Assembly (NCBI GenBank): GCA_963749705.1
Contig: CAVVNQ010000019.1
Location: forward strand, 1-49,672
Direction: 5' to 3'
Source of the DNA: an uncultured Chloroflexia bacterium
Lineage (GTDB): Bacteria > Chloroflexota > Limnocylindria > Limnocylindrales > CSP1-4
DNA length: 49,672 nucleotides
The first letter of the stretch is position 1. Every line of letters begins with the position of its first letter. Shown here piece after piece: positions 1 to 12,694 of the stretch. A model generated the notes under the pieces. It saw only the letters and a program-made list of their open reading frames with translations, was not told where the DNA came from and searched no databases. Both the position numbers and the translations under genes were made by a program.

Positions 1-16
1 TATGAGCGCCCGGGTG

Positions 17-45
17 TTGTCGGAATCAAGCGCATTTGATATCCT
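17..45 (+). promoter_or_regulatory. Sigma70-type promoter for infA-rpmJ-alpha operon
   Basis: TTGTCG (17-22), 17-nt spacer, TG-n extended -10 TATCCT (40-45), about 60 nt upstream of infA. Confidence 0.6.
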
Positions 46-107
46 CACCGTTCGTGTGTCGGCCCGGCCGGGCCGACACTCGTGCTGAGAAGGACCAGGG
101 AGCAAGG

Positions 108-326
108 TTGGCGAAGAAGGACGCGATCGAAGTTGAAGGGACCGTCATCGAACCGCTGCCGAACACGATGTTCGCGGTGGAGCTCGAGAACGGCCACCGC
201 GTCCTCGCGCACATCAGCGGCAAGCTCCGGATGAACTTCATCCGGATCCTGCCCGGCGACCGGGTCCGCGTCGAGCTTTCTCCATACGACCTCACCCGGG
301 GTCGGATCACGTACCGCCTGAAGTAA
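108..326 (+). CDS. infA: Translation initiation factor IF-1
   Basis: TTG start after GGGAG; [19 protein letters not shown]...[36 protein letters not shown] is canonical 72-aa IF-1. Confidence 0.98.
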   Translation: MAKKDAIEVEGTVIEPLPNTMFAVELENGHRVLAHISGKLRMNFIRILPGDRVRVELSPYDLTRGRITYRLK

Positions 327-338
327 TCGAGGAACCTG

Positions 339-452
339 GTGAAGGTCAGAGCGTCCGTCAAGACGCGGTGTGACAACTGCAAGATCATCCGCCGCCACGG
401 CACCGTGATGGTCATCTGCACCAACCCCAAGCACAAGCAGCGGCAGGGCTGA
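339..452 (+). CDS. rpmJ: 50S ribosomal protein L36 (zinc-binding form); missed by ORF track
   Basis: GTG start; [37 protein letters not shown], 37 aa with CxxC...C...H. Confidence 0.97.
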   Translation: MKVRASVKTRCDNCKIIRRHGTVMVICTNPKHKQRQG

Positions 453-456
453 CGAA

Positions 457-831
457 ATGGCACGTATCGCCGGCATCGACATCCCGCGCGAGAAGCGCGT
501 GGAGATCTCCCTGACCTATGTGTATGGCGTTGGGCTGTCCACCAGCCAGAAGATCCTGAAGCAGACCAACATCAACCCGGACACCCGGGTCCGTGACCTC
601 ACCGAAGACCAGGTCAACCGGCTTCGCGAGGTGATCGACCGGACCTACAAGGTCGAGGGAGACCTCCGTCGCGAGGTGGCGCTCAATGTCAAGCGCCTGA
701 TCGAGATCGGGTCCTACCGCGGCCTGCGACACCGCCGCAACCTCCCGGTACGGGGGCAGCGCACCAAGACGAACGCGCGCCAGCGCCGGGGACCGAAGAA
801 GACGGTCGGCTCCCGCAAGAAGTTGAAGTGA
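457..831 (+). CDS. rpsM: 30S ribosomal protein S13
   Basis: [26 protein letters not shown]...[22 protein letters not shown]. Confidence 0.98.
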   Translation: MARIAGIDIPREKRVEISLTYVYGVGLSTSQKILKQTNINPDTRVRDLTEDQVNRLREVIDRTYKVEGDLRREVALNVKRLIEIGSYRGLRHRRNLPVRGQRTKTNARQRRGPKKTVGSRKKLK

Positions 832-848
832 CGAGGAACCGCTAAGGC

Positions 849-1244
849 ATGGCCGATCGCAAGCGCGCCGTCAAGCAGCGGCGCAGGGAGCGCAAGAACG
901 TTCCGCAAGGACACGTCCATATCCAGGCGACCTTCAACAACACGATCGTGACGATCACGGACCAGACCGGGAACGTCATCTCGTGGGGCTCTGCGGGCAT
1001 CGCCGGGTTCAAGGGCTCCCGGAAGAGCACGCCGTATGCCGCCGCCCTCGCCGCCGAGGGGGCCGCACGCCGCGCCATGGAGCACGGCATGCGCCAGGTC
1101 GAGGTCTACGTGAAGGGTCCCGGCGCCGGTCGCGAGCAGGCCATCAGGTCGCTCCAGGCCGCCGGTCTCGAGGTGAGTGCGATCACCGACGTCACGCCCA
1201 TCCCGCACAACGGATGCCGCCCGCCCAAGCGGCGCCGCGTCTGA
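849..1244 (+). CDS. rpsK: 30S ribosomal protein S11
   Basis: [46 protein letters not shown]. Confidence 0.98.
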   Translation: MADRKRAVKQRRRERKNVPQGHVHIQATFNNTIVTITDQTGNVISWGSAGIAGFKGSRKSTPYAAALAAEGAARRAMEHGMRQVEVYVKGPGAGREQAIRSLQAAGLEVSAITDVTPIPHNGCRPPKRRRV

Positions 1245-1257
1245 GCACCGAGAGACC

Positions 1258-1884
1258 ATGGCCCGCTACACCGATCCCGTTTGCCGCCTGTGCCGTCGCG
1301 AAGGGCTCAAGCTCTACCTGAAGGGCACCCGCTGCTATTCCAAGAAGTGCTCCTTCGAGCGGCGCCCGTCGCCGCCCGGCCAGCACGGCGTCCGTCGCCG
1401 CAAGGTCGGCGACTACGGGCTGCAGCTTCGCGAGAAGCAGAAGGTCCGCCGCGTCTACGGCGTGCTCGAGAAGCAGTTCCGGAACTACTTCGTCGAGGCC
1501 GCCCGGCACTCGGGCGTCACCGGCGAGTACCTGCTCCGGTCGCTCGAGATGCGCCTGGACAACGTCGTGTACCGCCTCGGGTTCGCCCCGTCGCGCGCCG
1601 CCGCCCGCCAGATGGTTGCCCACGGGCACTTCGCGGTCAACGGCGTCCCCACCAACATCCCCTCCTACCGCCTCAAGATCGGCGACAAGGTCGAGGTGCG
1701 CCAGTCGCACCACGAGCGCGAGCTGTTCAAGGTGGCCAAGGAAGGCCTCCGCTCCCACCAGGCGCCTGATTGGCTGAGCCTGGACGCGGCGAACCTCGCC
1801 GGGTCCATTCTCGCCCTGCCGCGCCGCGACCAGATGCCGCTCGACTTCAACGAGCAGCTCGTGGTCGAGTACTACTCGAGGTAG
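1258..1884 (+). CDS. rpsD: 30S ribosomal protein S4 (Cys-containing N-terminus)
   Basis: ATG 1258; [53 protein letters not shown]. Confidence 0.98.
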   Translation: MARYTDPVCRLCRREGLKLYLKGTRCYSKKCSFERRPSPPGQHGVRRRKVGDYGLQLREKQKVRRVYGVLEKQFRNYFVEAARHSGVTGEYLLRSLEMRLDNVVYRLGFAPSRAAARQMVAHGHFAVNGVPTNIPSYRLKIGDKVEVRQSHHERELFKVAKEGLRSHQAPDWLSLDAANLAGSILALPRRDQMPLDFNEQLVVEYYSR

Positions 1885-1893
1885 CCGCCCTCC

Positions 1894-2889
1894 ATGATCG
1901 AACTCGAGACCCCGCAGATCGAGCCCGTTGCCGAAGCCGGCACCTACGCCAAGTACGAGGCCGGACCGCTCCAGGCGGGCTACGGCGTCACGCTGGGCAA
2001 CGCGCTGCGTCGCGTGCTGCTGTCGTCCCTCGAGGGCGCGGCCGTCACGTCGATCCAGGTCCGCGACGTGTACCAGGAGTTCTCCACGATCCCCGGGGTC
2101 AAGGAGGACGTCACCCAGATCGTGCTCAACGTCAAGAAGCTCCGGCTCAAGAGCTTCGCCACCCATCCGGTCCAGCTCCGGCTCATCAAGAGCGGCGCCG
2201 GACCCGTGATCGCGGCCGACATCGCAGAGTCCGCGGACATCGAGATCGTCAGCCCGGAGCTGGTCCTGATGACGATCGACTCCGATGACGTCACGATCGA
2301 GATGGACCTCACCGTCGAGCGCGGCGTCGGCTATCTGGCCGCGGAGCGGTCCGAGGCCCTGCCGATCGGCGTGATCGCGGTCGACGCGATCTTCACGCCC
2401 GTGCGCAAGGTCAACTACTGGGTCGAGAGCACGCGCGTCGGCCAGATGACCAACTTCGACAAGCTGACGCTCGAGATCGAGACCGACGGCACCATCACCC
2501 CCGAGGAGGCGCTGTCGCGCTCCGCGGACATCCTGGTCCGCCAGTTCCAGCCGTTCGTGACGATCGGGGTCGAGGCCCCCGCCCCGGACCGGGCCGTGGC
2601 CGGCGTGCCGCAGCTTCCGCCGAACATGCTGGACATGCCCATCGAGGAGCTCGACCTCCCGATGCGCGCCTACAACTCGCTCAAGCGCAACAACATCGTC
2701 AAGGTCGGCCAGCTGCTCCAGCTCAAGGACGACGATCTCCTCCGGATGCGCAACTTCGGCAAGAAGTCGCTGGACGAGATGAAGGAGCGGCTCCGGATGC
2801 GCGGCTTCATCCTCCCGGAGACGGAGCCGGATGACGTGCTGGAGACCGACGACGAGGGCTCGCTGGTCGACGACGAAGGGGAAGGCTGA
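1894..2889 (+). CDS. rpoA: DNA-directed RNA polymerase subunit alpha
   Basis: GYGVTLGNALRRVLLSSLEGAAVT, EFSTIPGVKEDV, alpha-CTD RAYNSLKR...NFGKKSLDE. Confidence 0.98.
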   Translation: MIELETPQIEPVAEAGTYAKYEAGPLQAGYGVTLGNALRRVLLSSLEGAAVTSIQVRDVYQEFSTIPGVKEDVTQIVLNVKKLRLKSFATHPVQLRLIKSGAGPVIAADIAESADIEIVSPELVLMTIDSDDVTIEMDLTVERGVGYLAAERSEALPIGVIAVDAIFTPVRKVNYWVESTRVGQMTNFDKLTLEIETDGTITPEEALSRSADILVRQFQPFVTIGVEAPAPDRAVAGVPQLPPNMLDMPIEELDLPMRAYNSLKRNNIVKVGQLLQLKDDDLLRMRNFGKKSLDEMKERLRMRGFILPETEPDDVLETDDEGSLVDDEGEG

Positions 2890-2892
2890 GCG

Positions 2893-3246
2893 ATGGCCCA
2901 TCGCATCGACGGGCGCAAGCTGTCGCGCAAGCGCGGTCCGCGGCTCGCCCTGTACAAGAACCTCATGGTCTCGGTGCTGCGCTACGAGCGAATCCAGACC
3001 ACGGAGGCCAAGGCCAAGGAGATCCGCGGCCAGGTCGAGCAGATGATCACGCTCGCCAAGCGCGGCGACCTGTCCGCTCGCCGGGCAGTCGTCTCCCAGC
3101 TCCCCAACGAGCCACTCGTGGTGAGCAAGCTGTTCGACGTCATCGCACCCAAGTACGCCGATCGCCAGTCCGGGTTCACCCGGCTGGTCCACATCGGCCA
3201 GCGCAAGGGCGATGCCGCCGAGATCGTCCAGATCGAGCTGGTATAG
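2893..3246 (+). CDS. rplQ: 50S ribosomal protein L17
   Basis: GRKLSR, ERIQTTEAKAKE, YADRQSGFTR...RKGDAAE. Confidence 0.97.
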   Translation: MAHRIDGRKLSRKRGPRLALYKNLMVSVLRYERIQTTEAKAKEIRGQVEQMITLAKRGDLSARRAVVSQLPNEPLVVSKLFDVIAPKYADRQSGFTRLVHIGQRKGDAAEIVQIELV

Positions 3247-3319
3247 ACATACGCCGTCAGTGAGTCGCCGCTCCGCCGGATGCAGGGCAACGTAGCAGTG
3301 CGCCGGCGCAGGGCGACCG

Positions 3320-4123
3320 ATGAATGACGGGAACGGACAAGGCGCTCGAGAGGGCGCACCGGGGCGCTACCGCGCAACGGTTGAATACGATGGCACGGAC
3401 TTCCTGGGGTTCCAGTTCCAACCGGGCAGCAGGACGGTCCAGGGAGAGCTCGAGACGGCGCTCGCAAGCCTCAACGGAGGGGAGCGGGTGGTCGTCGACG
3501 GAGCAGGACGCACCGACACCGGGGTGCACGCGACCGGGCAGGTGATCGGGTTCACCTACACGGGGCGGCTCTCGGAGCCGGAGCTCCAGCGGGCGGTCAA
3601 CGCCCAGCTCCCGCAGGATGTCGCGATCCGCGACCTCCGGCGGGTCCCCGACGGGTTCCACCCACGCTATGCGGCGCGGTACCGGGAGTATCGCTACACC
3701 GTCTGGAACGGGCCGCGAAGCCCCCTTCGCGAGCGCACCGCGCTCGGGATCAGGGCCCCGCTGGATGTCGCCGCGATGGCGAGCGCCGGGTCGGCCTTCG
3801 AGGGCCGGCACGACTTCTCGGCATTCGGCGGCGCGGGCAGGTCGCCGGTCCGGACCGTTCACGCGGTCCGGGTCCGGAGGGCAGGTCGCCTGGTGACGAT
3901 CGACGTCAGGGCACATGCCTTCCTCCGGGGCCAGGTCCGGAGAATGGTCGCCGGCCTCCTGGAGGTCGGCCTGGGCAAGATGGATGCGGATGGCCTTCGG
4001 GCGGCACTGGCCGGTCGGGAGCCAGCCCTCAACGGGGCAGCCGCCCCGGCCAAGGGGCTCTGCCTCCGGCACGTCGCTCTCGGGCGACGAAGGCCGGTGG
4101 ACGACGAGGAAGACGAGGAATGA
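3320..4123 (+). CDS. truA: tRNA pseudouridine(38-40) synthase TruA (start approximate)
   Basis: [29 protein letters not shown] catalytic motif, [17 protein letters not shown]. Confidence 0.95.
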   Translation: MNDGNGQGAREGAPGRYRATVEYDGTDFLGFQFQPGSRTVQGELETALASLNGGERVVVDGAGRTDTGVHATGQVIGFTYTGRLSEPELQRAVNAQLPQDVAIRDLRRVPDGFHPRYAARYREYRYTVWNGPRSPLRERTALGIRAPLDVAAMASAGSAFEGRHDFSAFGGAGRSPVRTVHAVRVRRAGRLVTIDVRAHAFLRGQVRRMVAGLLEVGLGKMDADGLRAALAGREPALNGAAAPAKGLCLRHVALGRRRPVDDEEDEE

Positions 4124-4551
4124 GCGCGAAGACCTATACGCCTCGAGAGAGCGAGATCGAGCGACGCTGGTACGTCGTCGACGCGACGGACGAGACGCTC
4201 GGCCGGCTCGCGACGCGGATCGCGCGTGTCCTCGAAGGAAAGAACAAGCCCACCTATGCCGCCCACATGGACACCGGGGATCACATCATCGTGCTCAACG
4301 CGGCACGGATCACGGTGACCCGCGACAAGCTCGAATCAAAGTTGTATGCCCGCCACAGCGGCTATCCCGGGGGCTTCAAGGAGGAGACGCTGGGTCACCT
4401 CCTGGCCCGCCGGCCGGAGGAGGTCATCCGCCGTGCCGTCAAGGGGATGCTGCCGCACAACCGGCTGGGAACCCAGATGCTTCGGAAGCTGAAGGTCTAT
4501 GCGGGGAACGATCATCCGCACCAGGCCCAGAAGCCCGAGCCGCTTGCCTGA
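4120..4551 (+). CDS. rplM: 50S ribosomal protein L13
   Basis: WYVVDA...LGRLATRIA...GKNKPTY...[23 protein letters not shown]. Confidence 0.98.
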   Translation: MSAKTYTPRESEIERRWYVVDATDETLGRLATRIARVLEGKNKPTYAAHMDTGDHIIVLNAARITVTRDKLESKLYARHSGYPGGFKEETLGHLLARRPEEVIRRAVKGMLPHNRLGTQMLRKLKVYAGNDHPHQAQKPEPLA

Positions 4552-4564
4552 TCGAGGAGCCCTG

Positions 4565-4963
4565 ATGTCGACGCCTGCGTTCTACTGGGGCACCGGCCGC
4601 CGCAAGACGGCGGTGGCCCGCGTTCGCCTTCTCCCCGGTGAGGGGCAGATGGTCGTGAACGGCCGCACCCCCGAGGAGCACTTCGGTGGCGTGTTCGCCG
4701 AGTCCGAGCTGTTCCTCCCGTTCCGGGTCACCGGGACCGAGGGCCGCTTCAACGCGATGATCAAGGTCGAGGGCGGAGGCGTGACCGGCCAGGCCGGCGC
4801 CATCCGCCACGGCATCGCGCGGGCGCTGCTCCAGGTCGACCCGGAGGCGAACCGCCTGCCGCTTCGCCAGGCCGGTCTCCTGACCCGCGATCCGCGGATG
4901 AAGGAGCGCAAGAAGTACGGCCTCAAGCGTGCCAGGAAGGCGCCCCAGTACACGAAGCGCTAG
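4565..4963 (+). CDS. rpsI: 30S ribosomal protein S9
   Basis: ATG 4565 after GAGGAG; [49 protein letters not shown]. Confidence 0.98.
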   Translation: MSTPAFYWGTGRRKTAVARVRLLPGEGQMVVNGRTPEEHFGGVFAESELFLPFRVTGTEGRFNAMIKVEGGGVTGQAGAIRHGIARALLQVDPEANRLPLRQAGLLTRDPRMKERKKYGLKRARKAPQYTKR

Positions 4964-5096
4964 CCGCCGCCGACTGACGGCCGATGCGTGCGTTGGCCGC
5001 TCCGCGCGCTCGCTCACGCACCTTCAGGTGCGCTCGCTCTCGTGCTCGCAGCCGCCTTCGCCTGGGCCGCCATCCGGCGGCGTGGGTCGGGTCCTG

Positions 5097-5102
5097 TAGG
5101 CT
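5097..5102 (+). promoter_or_regulatory. -10 hexamer, probable leaderless argF transcript
   Basis: TAGGCT 6 nt before ATG 5109, no SD. Confidence 0.45.
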
Positions 5103-5108
5103 GCGGCG

Positions 5109-6050
5109 ATGAGCGCCCCCTCGCTCCTCGGCCGGGATCTCGTGTCGGCCGCCGATCTGAGCGCCGAGGAGATCGGCGTGCTGTTCGCGCGGGCGAAGGA
5201 GCTCAAGGCGGAGTACGCGGCGGACCGCCGGCACGCGACGCCGCCGCTCGAGCGGCGGACGCTCGCGATGCTGTTCCAGAAGCCGAGCCTGCGGACGCGC
5301 GTCACGTTCGAGGCCGGCATGACGCAGCTGGGCGGGCACGCGATCTACCTGACCGAGGGCGTGGTCCTGGGCGGTCGCGAGACCGTGGGCGATGTCGCCC
5401 GCAACCTCGAGCGGTTCGTGGACGGGATCATGGCCCGGACCGGCCCGCACGAGGTGGTCGTCGAGCTCGCCGCGCAGGCTTCGATCCCGGTCATCAACGG
5501 GCTCACGATCCGCGAGCATCCGTGCCAGGCGCTGGCCGACCTGTTCACGCTCCACGAGCGGTTCGGCGACCTGCGCGGGCTCCCGCTGGCGTTCGTCGGC
5601 GACGGCAACAACGTGTACCACTCGCTCGCGCTGATGGGCGCGACCCTGGGCATGGAGGTGCGGCTCGCACATCCGCCCGGGTATGGACCCAGCGAGCGGA
5701 TCGTCGAGCGCGCACGGGAGCTCGCTGCGGCGAGCGGTGGCAGGCTCGTGTTCGGGGACGATGCACGGGCGATCGTCGATGGGGTCGCCGCGGTGTACAC
5801 GGATGCCTGGACCTCGATGGGCCAGGAGGCCGAGGCCGAGGAGCGCCGGGATGCGTTCGCGCCCTTCCAGGTGAACGCCGCGCTGCTGACCGCCGCCCCC
5901 GAGGCCCTGGTCATGCACTGCCTGCCCGCCCACCGCGGCGAGGAGATCACCTCGGAGGTGATGGACGGCGGGCAGAGCATCGTGTTCGACCAGTCGGAGA
6001 ACCGGCTGCACGCGCAGAAGGCGCTGCTCGTCGAGCTCCTGGCGGGATGA
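5109..6050 (+). CDS. argF: Ornithine carbamoyltransferase
   Basis: FQKPSLRTRVTFE, HPCQALAD, GDGNNV, YTDAWTSMGQE, HCLPAHRGEE, ENRLHAQKA. Confidence 0.96.
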   Translation: MSAPSLLGRDLVSAADLSAEEIGVLFARAKELKAEYAADRRHATPPLERRTLAMLFQKPSLRTRVTFEAGMTQLGGHAIYLTEGVVLGGRETVGDVARNLERFVDGIMARTGPHEVVVELAAQASIPVINGLTIREHPCQALADLFTLHERFGDLRGLPLAFVGDGNNVYHSLALMGATLGMEVRLAHPPGYGPSERIVERARELAAASGGRLVFGDDARAIVDGVAAVYTDAWTSMGQEAEAEERRDAFAPFQVNAALLTAAPEALVMHCLPAHRGEEITSEVMDGGQSIVFDQSENRLHAQKALLVELLAG

Positions 6051-6081
6051 CGGCATCGATGCGCGGGGTGGAGGCAGGCAG

Positions 6082-7104
6082 GTGAGCGGCGAGGCGATCT
6101 ACGAGCGCTACAAGTCGGCGCTCAAGCGCGGGCACATCGCCGCCCTCCACGGGCGGCTGGACGAGGCGCTCGCCGCGTACGCCGACGCGGCGTCGATCGC
6201 TCCGGAGCGGTCCACCCCTCACACGAGCGCCGGGTCCGCGCTCCTGCGGGCCGGTCGGGGCGCCGATGCGCTGGGCCGGTATGGAGCGGCGCTCGCGCTC
6301 GCCCCACGGGACGAGGCGGCGCTGCTGGGCCGCGCCCGGGCGCTCGATCTGCTGGGGCGTCGCCGCGAGGCGGCCGAGGCGTTCGACGTCGTCGCGGAGG
6401 TCCACGCGCAGGCAGGCCGCCCGACCGAGGCGGTCGATGCTGCGCGCCGGGCCCTCGAGCTCGCCGAGGGGCGGGAGCGCCGCCGGACGCTGCAGCGGCT
6501 CCTCGAGCCGCTGCGGGCCTCGGAGCTTGACGGGCCCGCCCGTGAAGCGCTGGACAGGGCCCTCGGGATCCTGGATGACGTGACCGTCGCCCGTGGCGGT
6601 GCGTTCTCGCCGGCGGACGGGTCGTCTGCGGCAAGCGCGGACCAGCAGACCGACACCGGCGAGGCGACGGTGCCCGTCGCGGAGCCGGAGCCGCCCGCCC
6701 CGGTCGTCCGCGCCGCGCTCGACCGCGACCTCCCGGCGGACGCGGACGCCGAGGCGCTGGAGCGAGCCGTCGACGACGCGATCGACCAGGGTCAGCTCGA
6801 CGGTGCACGCGAGCGAATCCTCGACGCCGCCGCCGTCCATCGAGGGGCTGGGGACATCGATGCCGCGCTCGACGCGTGCTATCGCGGCCTGTCGCTGTCA
6901 CCGGACGACGTGGATCTCCATCTCGCGCTCGTGGTGCTGTACCGGGACCAGGGCTGGTCCGAGCTCGCGACCGAGAAGCTGGGCCTGCTCGACCGGCTGG
7001 CCACCATCGACGGCAACGACGACGCGCTGACTCGGGTTGCGGCCGCTCGGTCGGATGCCGCCCCAGGGACGGGGGACGAGGCTCGAGGGGCCGCCGCGCC
7101 CTGA
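6082..7104 (+). CDS. Tetratricopeptide-repeat protein
   Basis: GTG after GGAGG; repeated helical TPR-like units (ALAAYADAASIAPE, ALGRYGAALALAPRD, ALDACYRGLSLSPDD). Confidence 0.75.
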   Translation: MSGEAIYERYKSALKRGHIAALHGRLDEALAAYADAASIAPERSTPHTSAGSALLRAGRGADALGRYGAALALAPRDEAALLGRARALDLLGRRREAAEAFDVVAEVHAQAGRPTEAVDAARRALELAEGRERRRTLQRLLEPLRASELDGPAREALDRALGILDDVTVARGGAFSPADGSSAASADQQTDTGEATVPVAEPEPPAPVVRAALDRDLPADADAEALERAVDDAIDQGQLDGARERILDAAAVHRGAGDIDAALDACYRGLSLSPDDVDLHLALVVLYRDQGWSELATEKLGLLDRLATIDGNDDALTRVAAARSDAAPGTGDEARGAAAP

Positions 7105-7190
7105 CGGCCTGGATGTGTGGGGTGCGGGCAGCCCGCCGGTGCATGCTGTGGCCCGGACGCTGTCGGACGGCCTGATCGGCCGGAACCCGG

Positions 7191-7199
7191 TGCTACACT
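7191..7199 (+). promoter_or_regulatory. Extended -10 promoter for cdaA operon
   Basis: TGcTACACT 9 nt before ATG 7209. Confidence 0.55.
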
Positions 7200-7208
7200 C
7201 CACGGAAG

Positions 7209-8138
7209 ATGCCCCAGATCGTCGAGCCGCTCGTCCGACAGATCACGCCGACGACGCTGCTGGACATTGCGATCACCGCGCTGTTCATCTACTGGCTGTT
7301 CAGCCTGATCCGCGGGACCCGCGCCGTCACGCTCGTCATCGGGGTCACCATCGTGCTGGGCGTCTACGGGCTTGCCCAGCTGCTCGAGCTGCGCCTGTTC
7401 ACCCAGCTGCTCCAGACCGGCGCCGTCGTCGGGCTGTTCGCGCTCGTGGTCGTGTTCCAGCCCGAGCTCCGGCGGGCCCTCGAGCGGATCGGCCGGGTTG
7501 GGACGTTCAGCTGGCTGCTGGCCCCGGCCGCCCAGCGACAGACCGACCACGTCGCCACGGAGGTTGCCAGGGCCTGCTGGCAGCTGTCTCGGACGGGCCA
7601 GGGCGCCCTGATCGTGCTCGAGCGCGAGACCGGGCTCGAGGAGATCGCGGAGACCGGGGTCATGCTCCACGCCGACCTGTCGATGGAGCTGCTGTGCACG
7701 ATCTTCTGGCCCAAGACCGCGCTCCATGACGGTGCGGTCATCATTCGCGGCGATGCGATCGTCGCGGCGGCCGCGCTCCTGCCGCTGACCGACATGAACC
7801 TGAGCGAGCGGTACGGGACGCGCCACCGTGCGGCGCTGGGGATCACCGAGGATACCGACGCGGTCGCCGTCGTCGTGTCCGAGGAGAACGGTCACATGAG
7901 CGTGGTCGAGCGGGCCCGCATCGTCCGGGTACCGAACCAGGCGCAGCTCGAGCAGGCGATCCGGGCGCTGATGGCCGTCCCGTCCGTTCCGGCGAGCATT
8001 CGCCGTCGGCGTCTGCCCGGCCGGCCGGGCGTCGGCGCGGCCATGCGGCTGGCACGGCGCGAGGCGGGTCGGCCTGATCAGGCCATCCCCGATCCTCCCG
8101 CCACCGGGGAGGACGGCAGCGCGGTGGGCTCGCCGTGA
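7209..8138 (+). CDS. cdaA: Diadenylate cyclase CdaA/DacA
   Basis: 3 N-terminal TM helices, FQPELRRALE, catalytic LHDGAV and GTRHRAALG, VVSEE. Confidence 0.95.
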   Translation: MPQIVEPLVRQITPTTLLDIAITALFIYWLFSLIRGTRAVTLVIGVTIVLGVYGLAQLLELRLFTQLLQTGAVVGLFALVVVFQPELRRALERIGRVGTFSWLLAPAAQRQTDHVATEVARACWQLSRTGQGALIVLERETGLEEIAETGVMLHADLSMELLCTIFWPKTALHDGAVIIRGDAIVAAAALLPLTDMNLSERYGTRHRAALGITEDTDAVAVVVSEENGHMSVVERARIVRVPNQAQLEQAIRALMAVPSVPASIRRRRLPGRPGVGAAMRLARREAGRPDQAIPDPPATGEDGSAVGSP

Positions 8139-9430
8139 TCGCGTTCCGGCGCACCCTGCGGCGCGCGGTGGCGTTCGTGGTCCACAACTGGCCGCTCAAG
8201 CTCGCGGCGATCGTGGTCGCGACGATGCTCTATTTCGGCGTCGTCGTGTCCAGCGACAGCAGCACCTATCCCGGTCCCATCCGGATCACCCCGGTCAACC
8301 AGCCCGCCGGGACCGTGATCACCAACGCCAACGACATCAAGGACGTCGAGCAGGTGCGCTACCTCGCGCCGTCGGGCGCCGGCCCCCTGACGGCCCAGGA
8401 CTTCCGCGCCACGGTGGATCTCTCGGACGTCAAGCCGGACGGCGTGCCCGTCAACGTGCGCGTGGACCTCGAGGCGATCGATCCCCGGGTGACCATCCTC
8501 GAGGTCCGGCCCCGGACGATCCAGATCGTGCTCGACCAGCTGATCACCAAGACCGTCGAGGTCAAGGTGGATCGCGGCACGCCGCCGCCGGGCCTCGACA
8601 TCGGCGAGACCGTCATCGATCCGCCGCAGGTCTCGGTCAGCGGCGCCGCCGGCCTGGTCAACCGGGTGGTGTCCGTCAGGGCCAGCACGCCCATCGACGC
8701 CAGCGGCGTGGACATCGATCGCGAGGTCCAGCCGGTGCCCATCGACGCCTCGGGCGAGATCGTGACCGGCGTCGAGATCGAGCCCCGCACCGTCCACGTC
8801 ACGATCCCGATCTACACCAACAAGGATTCGCGGACGCTGCCCGTCAACCCGATCATCACCGGCACGCCGGCCGCGGGGTTCCGGATCGCCGCCGTCGAGA
8901 CCACGCCACTGACGGTCTCGGTGGAGGGTGATCAGGACCAGCTGGTCGCGCTGATCCGGGCCGACACAGCGCCGGTGCCCGTGTTCGGGGCCACCAGCGA
9001 TGTCTCGATGGACGTCGCACTTGCCCTGCCGACCGGTGTCATGCCCCTGAGCGTGACCACGATCACGGTCAGGGTCCGGATCGAGCCCGTGACGGAGACC
9101 CGGACGTTCTCGGCCGGCCTGCGGCTCGACGGGCGGCAGGCGGGGTTCGAGTACGACGTCGCGCAGGACCGGGTGCTGCTCACGCTGTACGGGTCCGTGG
9201 TCTCCCTCGACCGGCTCAGCGCGGCGCCGATCGTCGTCGGGCTCAACGTCGCGACCCTCGGGCCGGGGACGCACGACGTGGCCGTGATCCCGTCACTGCC
9301 CTCGGGCGTGACCGTCGCCGACATCTCGCCCCAGACGGTGACCGTCACCGTCGCCGCCCCCGCGACCCCGACGCCGCCGCCGGCGACGCCATCGCCCGCG
9401 CCGTCCGCGACGCCACCGGCCGCACCCTGA
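8135..9430 (+). CDS. cdaR: CdaR/YbbR-like regulator of diadenylate cyclase
   Basis: N-terminal TM (NWPLKLAAIVVATMLY), repeated YbbR-like beta domains (P..V.VSG), position between cdaA and glmM. Confidence 0.88.
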   Translation: MIAFRRTLRRAVAFVVHNWPLKLAAIVVATMLYFGVVVSSDSSTYPGPIRITPVNQPAGTVITNANDIKDVEQVRYLAPSGAGPLTAQDFRATVDLSDVKPDGVPVNVRVDLEAIDPRVTILEVRPRTIQIVLDQLITKTVEVKVDRGTPPPGLDIGETVIDPPQVSVSGAAGLVNRVVSVRASTPIDASGVDIDREVQPVPIDASGEIVTGVEIEPRTVHVTIPIYTNKDSRTLPVNPIITGTPAAGFRIAAVETTPLTVSVEGDQDQLVALIRADTAPVPVFGATSDVSMDVALALPTGVMPLSVTTITVRVRIEPVTETRTFSAGLRLDGRQAGFEYDVAQDRVLLTLYGSVVSLDRLSAAPIVVGLNVATLGPGTHDVAVIPSLPSGVTVADISPQTVTVTVAAPATPTPPPATPSPAPSATPPAAP

Positions 9431-9463
9431 CCCCTCCTTCGGATCCCAGCAGCTAGGAGCACC

Positions 9464-10798
9464 ATGAGCCGCCTGTTCGGCACGGATGGAATTCGCGGCG
9501 TCGCCAACGTCGACCTGCGCCCATCGCTCGCCGTCGCCCTCGGACGGGCCACCGCGCACCACGTGGTGGGCGCCGGTGGCTCGCTGGTGGTCGGCCAGGA
9601 CACGCGCCGCTCCGGCGACATGTTCGTGGCCGCGATCACGGCCGGCGCGACGAGCATGGGTGTCGACGTCCACGTGGTCGGCGTGGTGCCGACCCCCGCG
9701 CTGGCCTACCTCGCGGCAACCGGCGATTTCGGGGCCGGGATCATGGTCTCGGCGTCGCACAACCCGGCCGAGGACAACGGTCTCAAGGTGCTCGACCCAC
9801 GCGGCCTCAAGCTCGACGACGACGTCGAGGAGGACCTCGAGACGGAGATCCTGCGCGCCGACGAGCTGCCGTCCGTCGAGCCGTCGCTGGTCGGCCGAGC
9901 GGTGGCCGCGGGCGCGCTCCTCGATCGCTACGTCGCGCACCGGCAGGGCCTCGCGAGCGCCGTCGAGGCGTCCGGCCTGCACGTGGTCCTGGACACGGCC
10001 AACGGCGCGGCGCACCGTGTCGGCCCCGAGGTGCTGCGCGCGACCGGTGCCCGGGTCACGGTCATCCACGACCGGCCGGACGGCGACAACATCAACGTCC
10101 AGTGCGGGGCGACCGAGCCGGGTTCGCTCGCGCGCGCCGTCGTGGAGCACGGGGCCGACGTCGGGTTCGCGCTCGACGGCGACGCCGACCGATGCGTCGC
10201 GGTGGACGCGAGCGGTGAGCTCGTCGACGGCGACCAGGTCCTGGGCATCCTCGCGCTGGAGCGGCTGGCGCGCGGGGTGCTCGCCGACGGCAGCCTGGTC
10301 GTCTCGGTCCTGTCCAACGGCGGCCTCCAGGGTGCCATCGAGGCCGCGGGCGGTCACCTGGTGCGAACACCGGTCGGCGACAAGCACATCCTCGCGGCGA
10401 TGCTGGTGTCGGGTGCGGAGCTGGGTGGCGAGAAGAGCGGACACGTGATCATCCGCGAGCACACCACCTCGGGCGACGGAATCGTGACCGCGCTCGAGCT
10501 GCTGCGCGTGATGACGGCTGCGGGTGCGGGGCTCGCGGACCTGGCACGCGCGATCCCGCTCCTGCCGCAGCAGCAGCGGGCGATCCGCGTCCATCACCGC
10601 GACCAGTGGGAGAACGACGACGTCCTGCGCGGGGCCATCGCCGCGGCAGAGGAACGGCTGGGGCCGAGCGGGCGGGTCCTGGTCCGGCCATCCGGCACCG
10701 AGCCCCTGCTGCGGGTGATGGTCGAAGGCGACGACGCGGACGTCGTGCTCGAGCTGGCCGACACGATCGCGGCCCTCGCAGGGGAGCGACTACACTAG
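9464..10798 (+). CDS. glmM: Phosphoglucosamine mutase
   Basis: LFGTDGIRG, SASHNP, DGDADR, GGEKSGH, VRPSGTEP. Confidence 0.96.
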   Translation: MSRLFGTDGIRGVANVDLRPSLAVALGRATAHHVVGAGGSLVVGQDTRRSGDMFVAAITAGATSMGVDVHVVGVVPTPALAYLAATGDFGAGIMVSASHNPAEDNGLKVLDPRGLKLDDDVEEDLETEILRADELPSVEPSLVGRAVAAGALLDRYVAHRQGLASAVEASGLHVVLDTANGAAHRVGPEVLRATGARVTVIHDRPDGDNINVQCGATEPGSLARAVVEHGADVGFALDGDADRCVAVDASGELVDGDQVLGILALERLARGVLADGSLVVSVLSNGGLQGAIEAAGGHLVRTPVGDKHILAAMLVSGAELGGEKSGHVIIREHTTSGDGIVTALELLRVMTAAGAGLADLARAIPLLPQQQRAIRVHHRDQWENDDVLRGAIAAAEERLGPSGRVLVRPSGTEPLLRVMVEGDDADVVLELADTIAALAGERLH

Positions 10799-10861
10799 GC
10801 CGTCCCGTCCGGCCGCGCCGGCGCCCGGCGGTGATCGCGACCCACGGAGACCCCCAGCTGC

Positions 10862-12691
<1,830 letters not shown>

Positions 12692-12694
12692 CCC

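Noticed and set aside
10799-10861. glmS ribozyme upstream of glmS
   Set aside because: Only 63 bp between glmM and glmS, too short, and no recognisable ribozyme core
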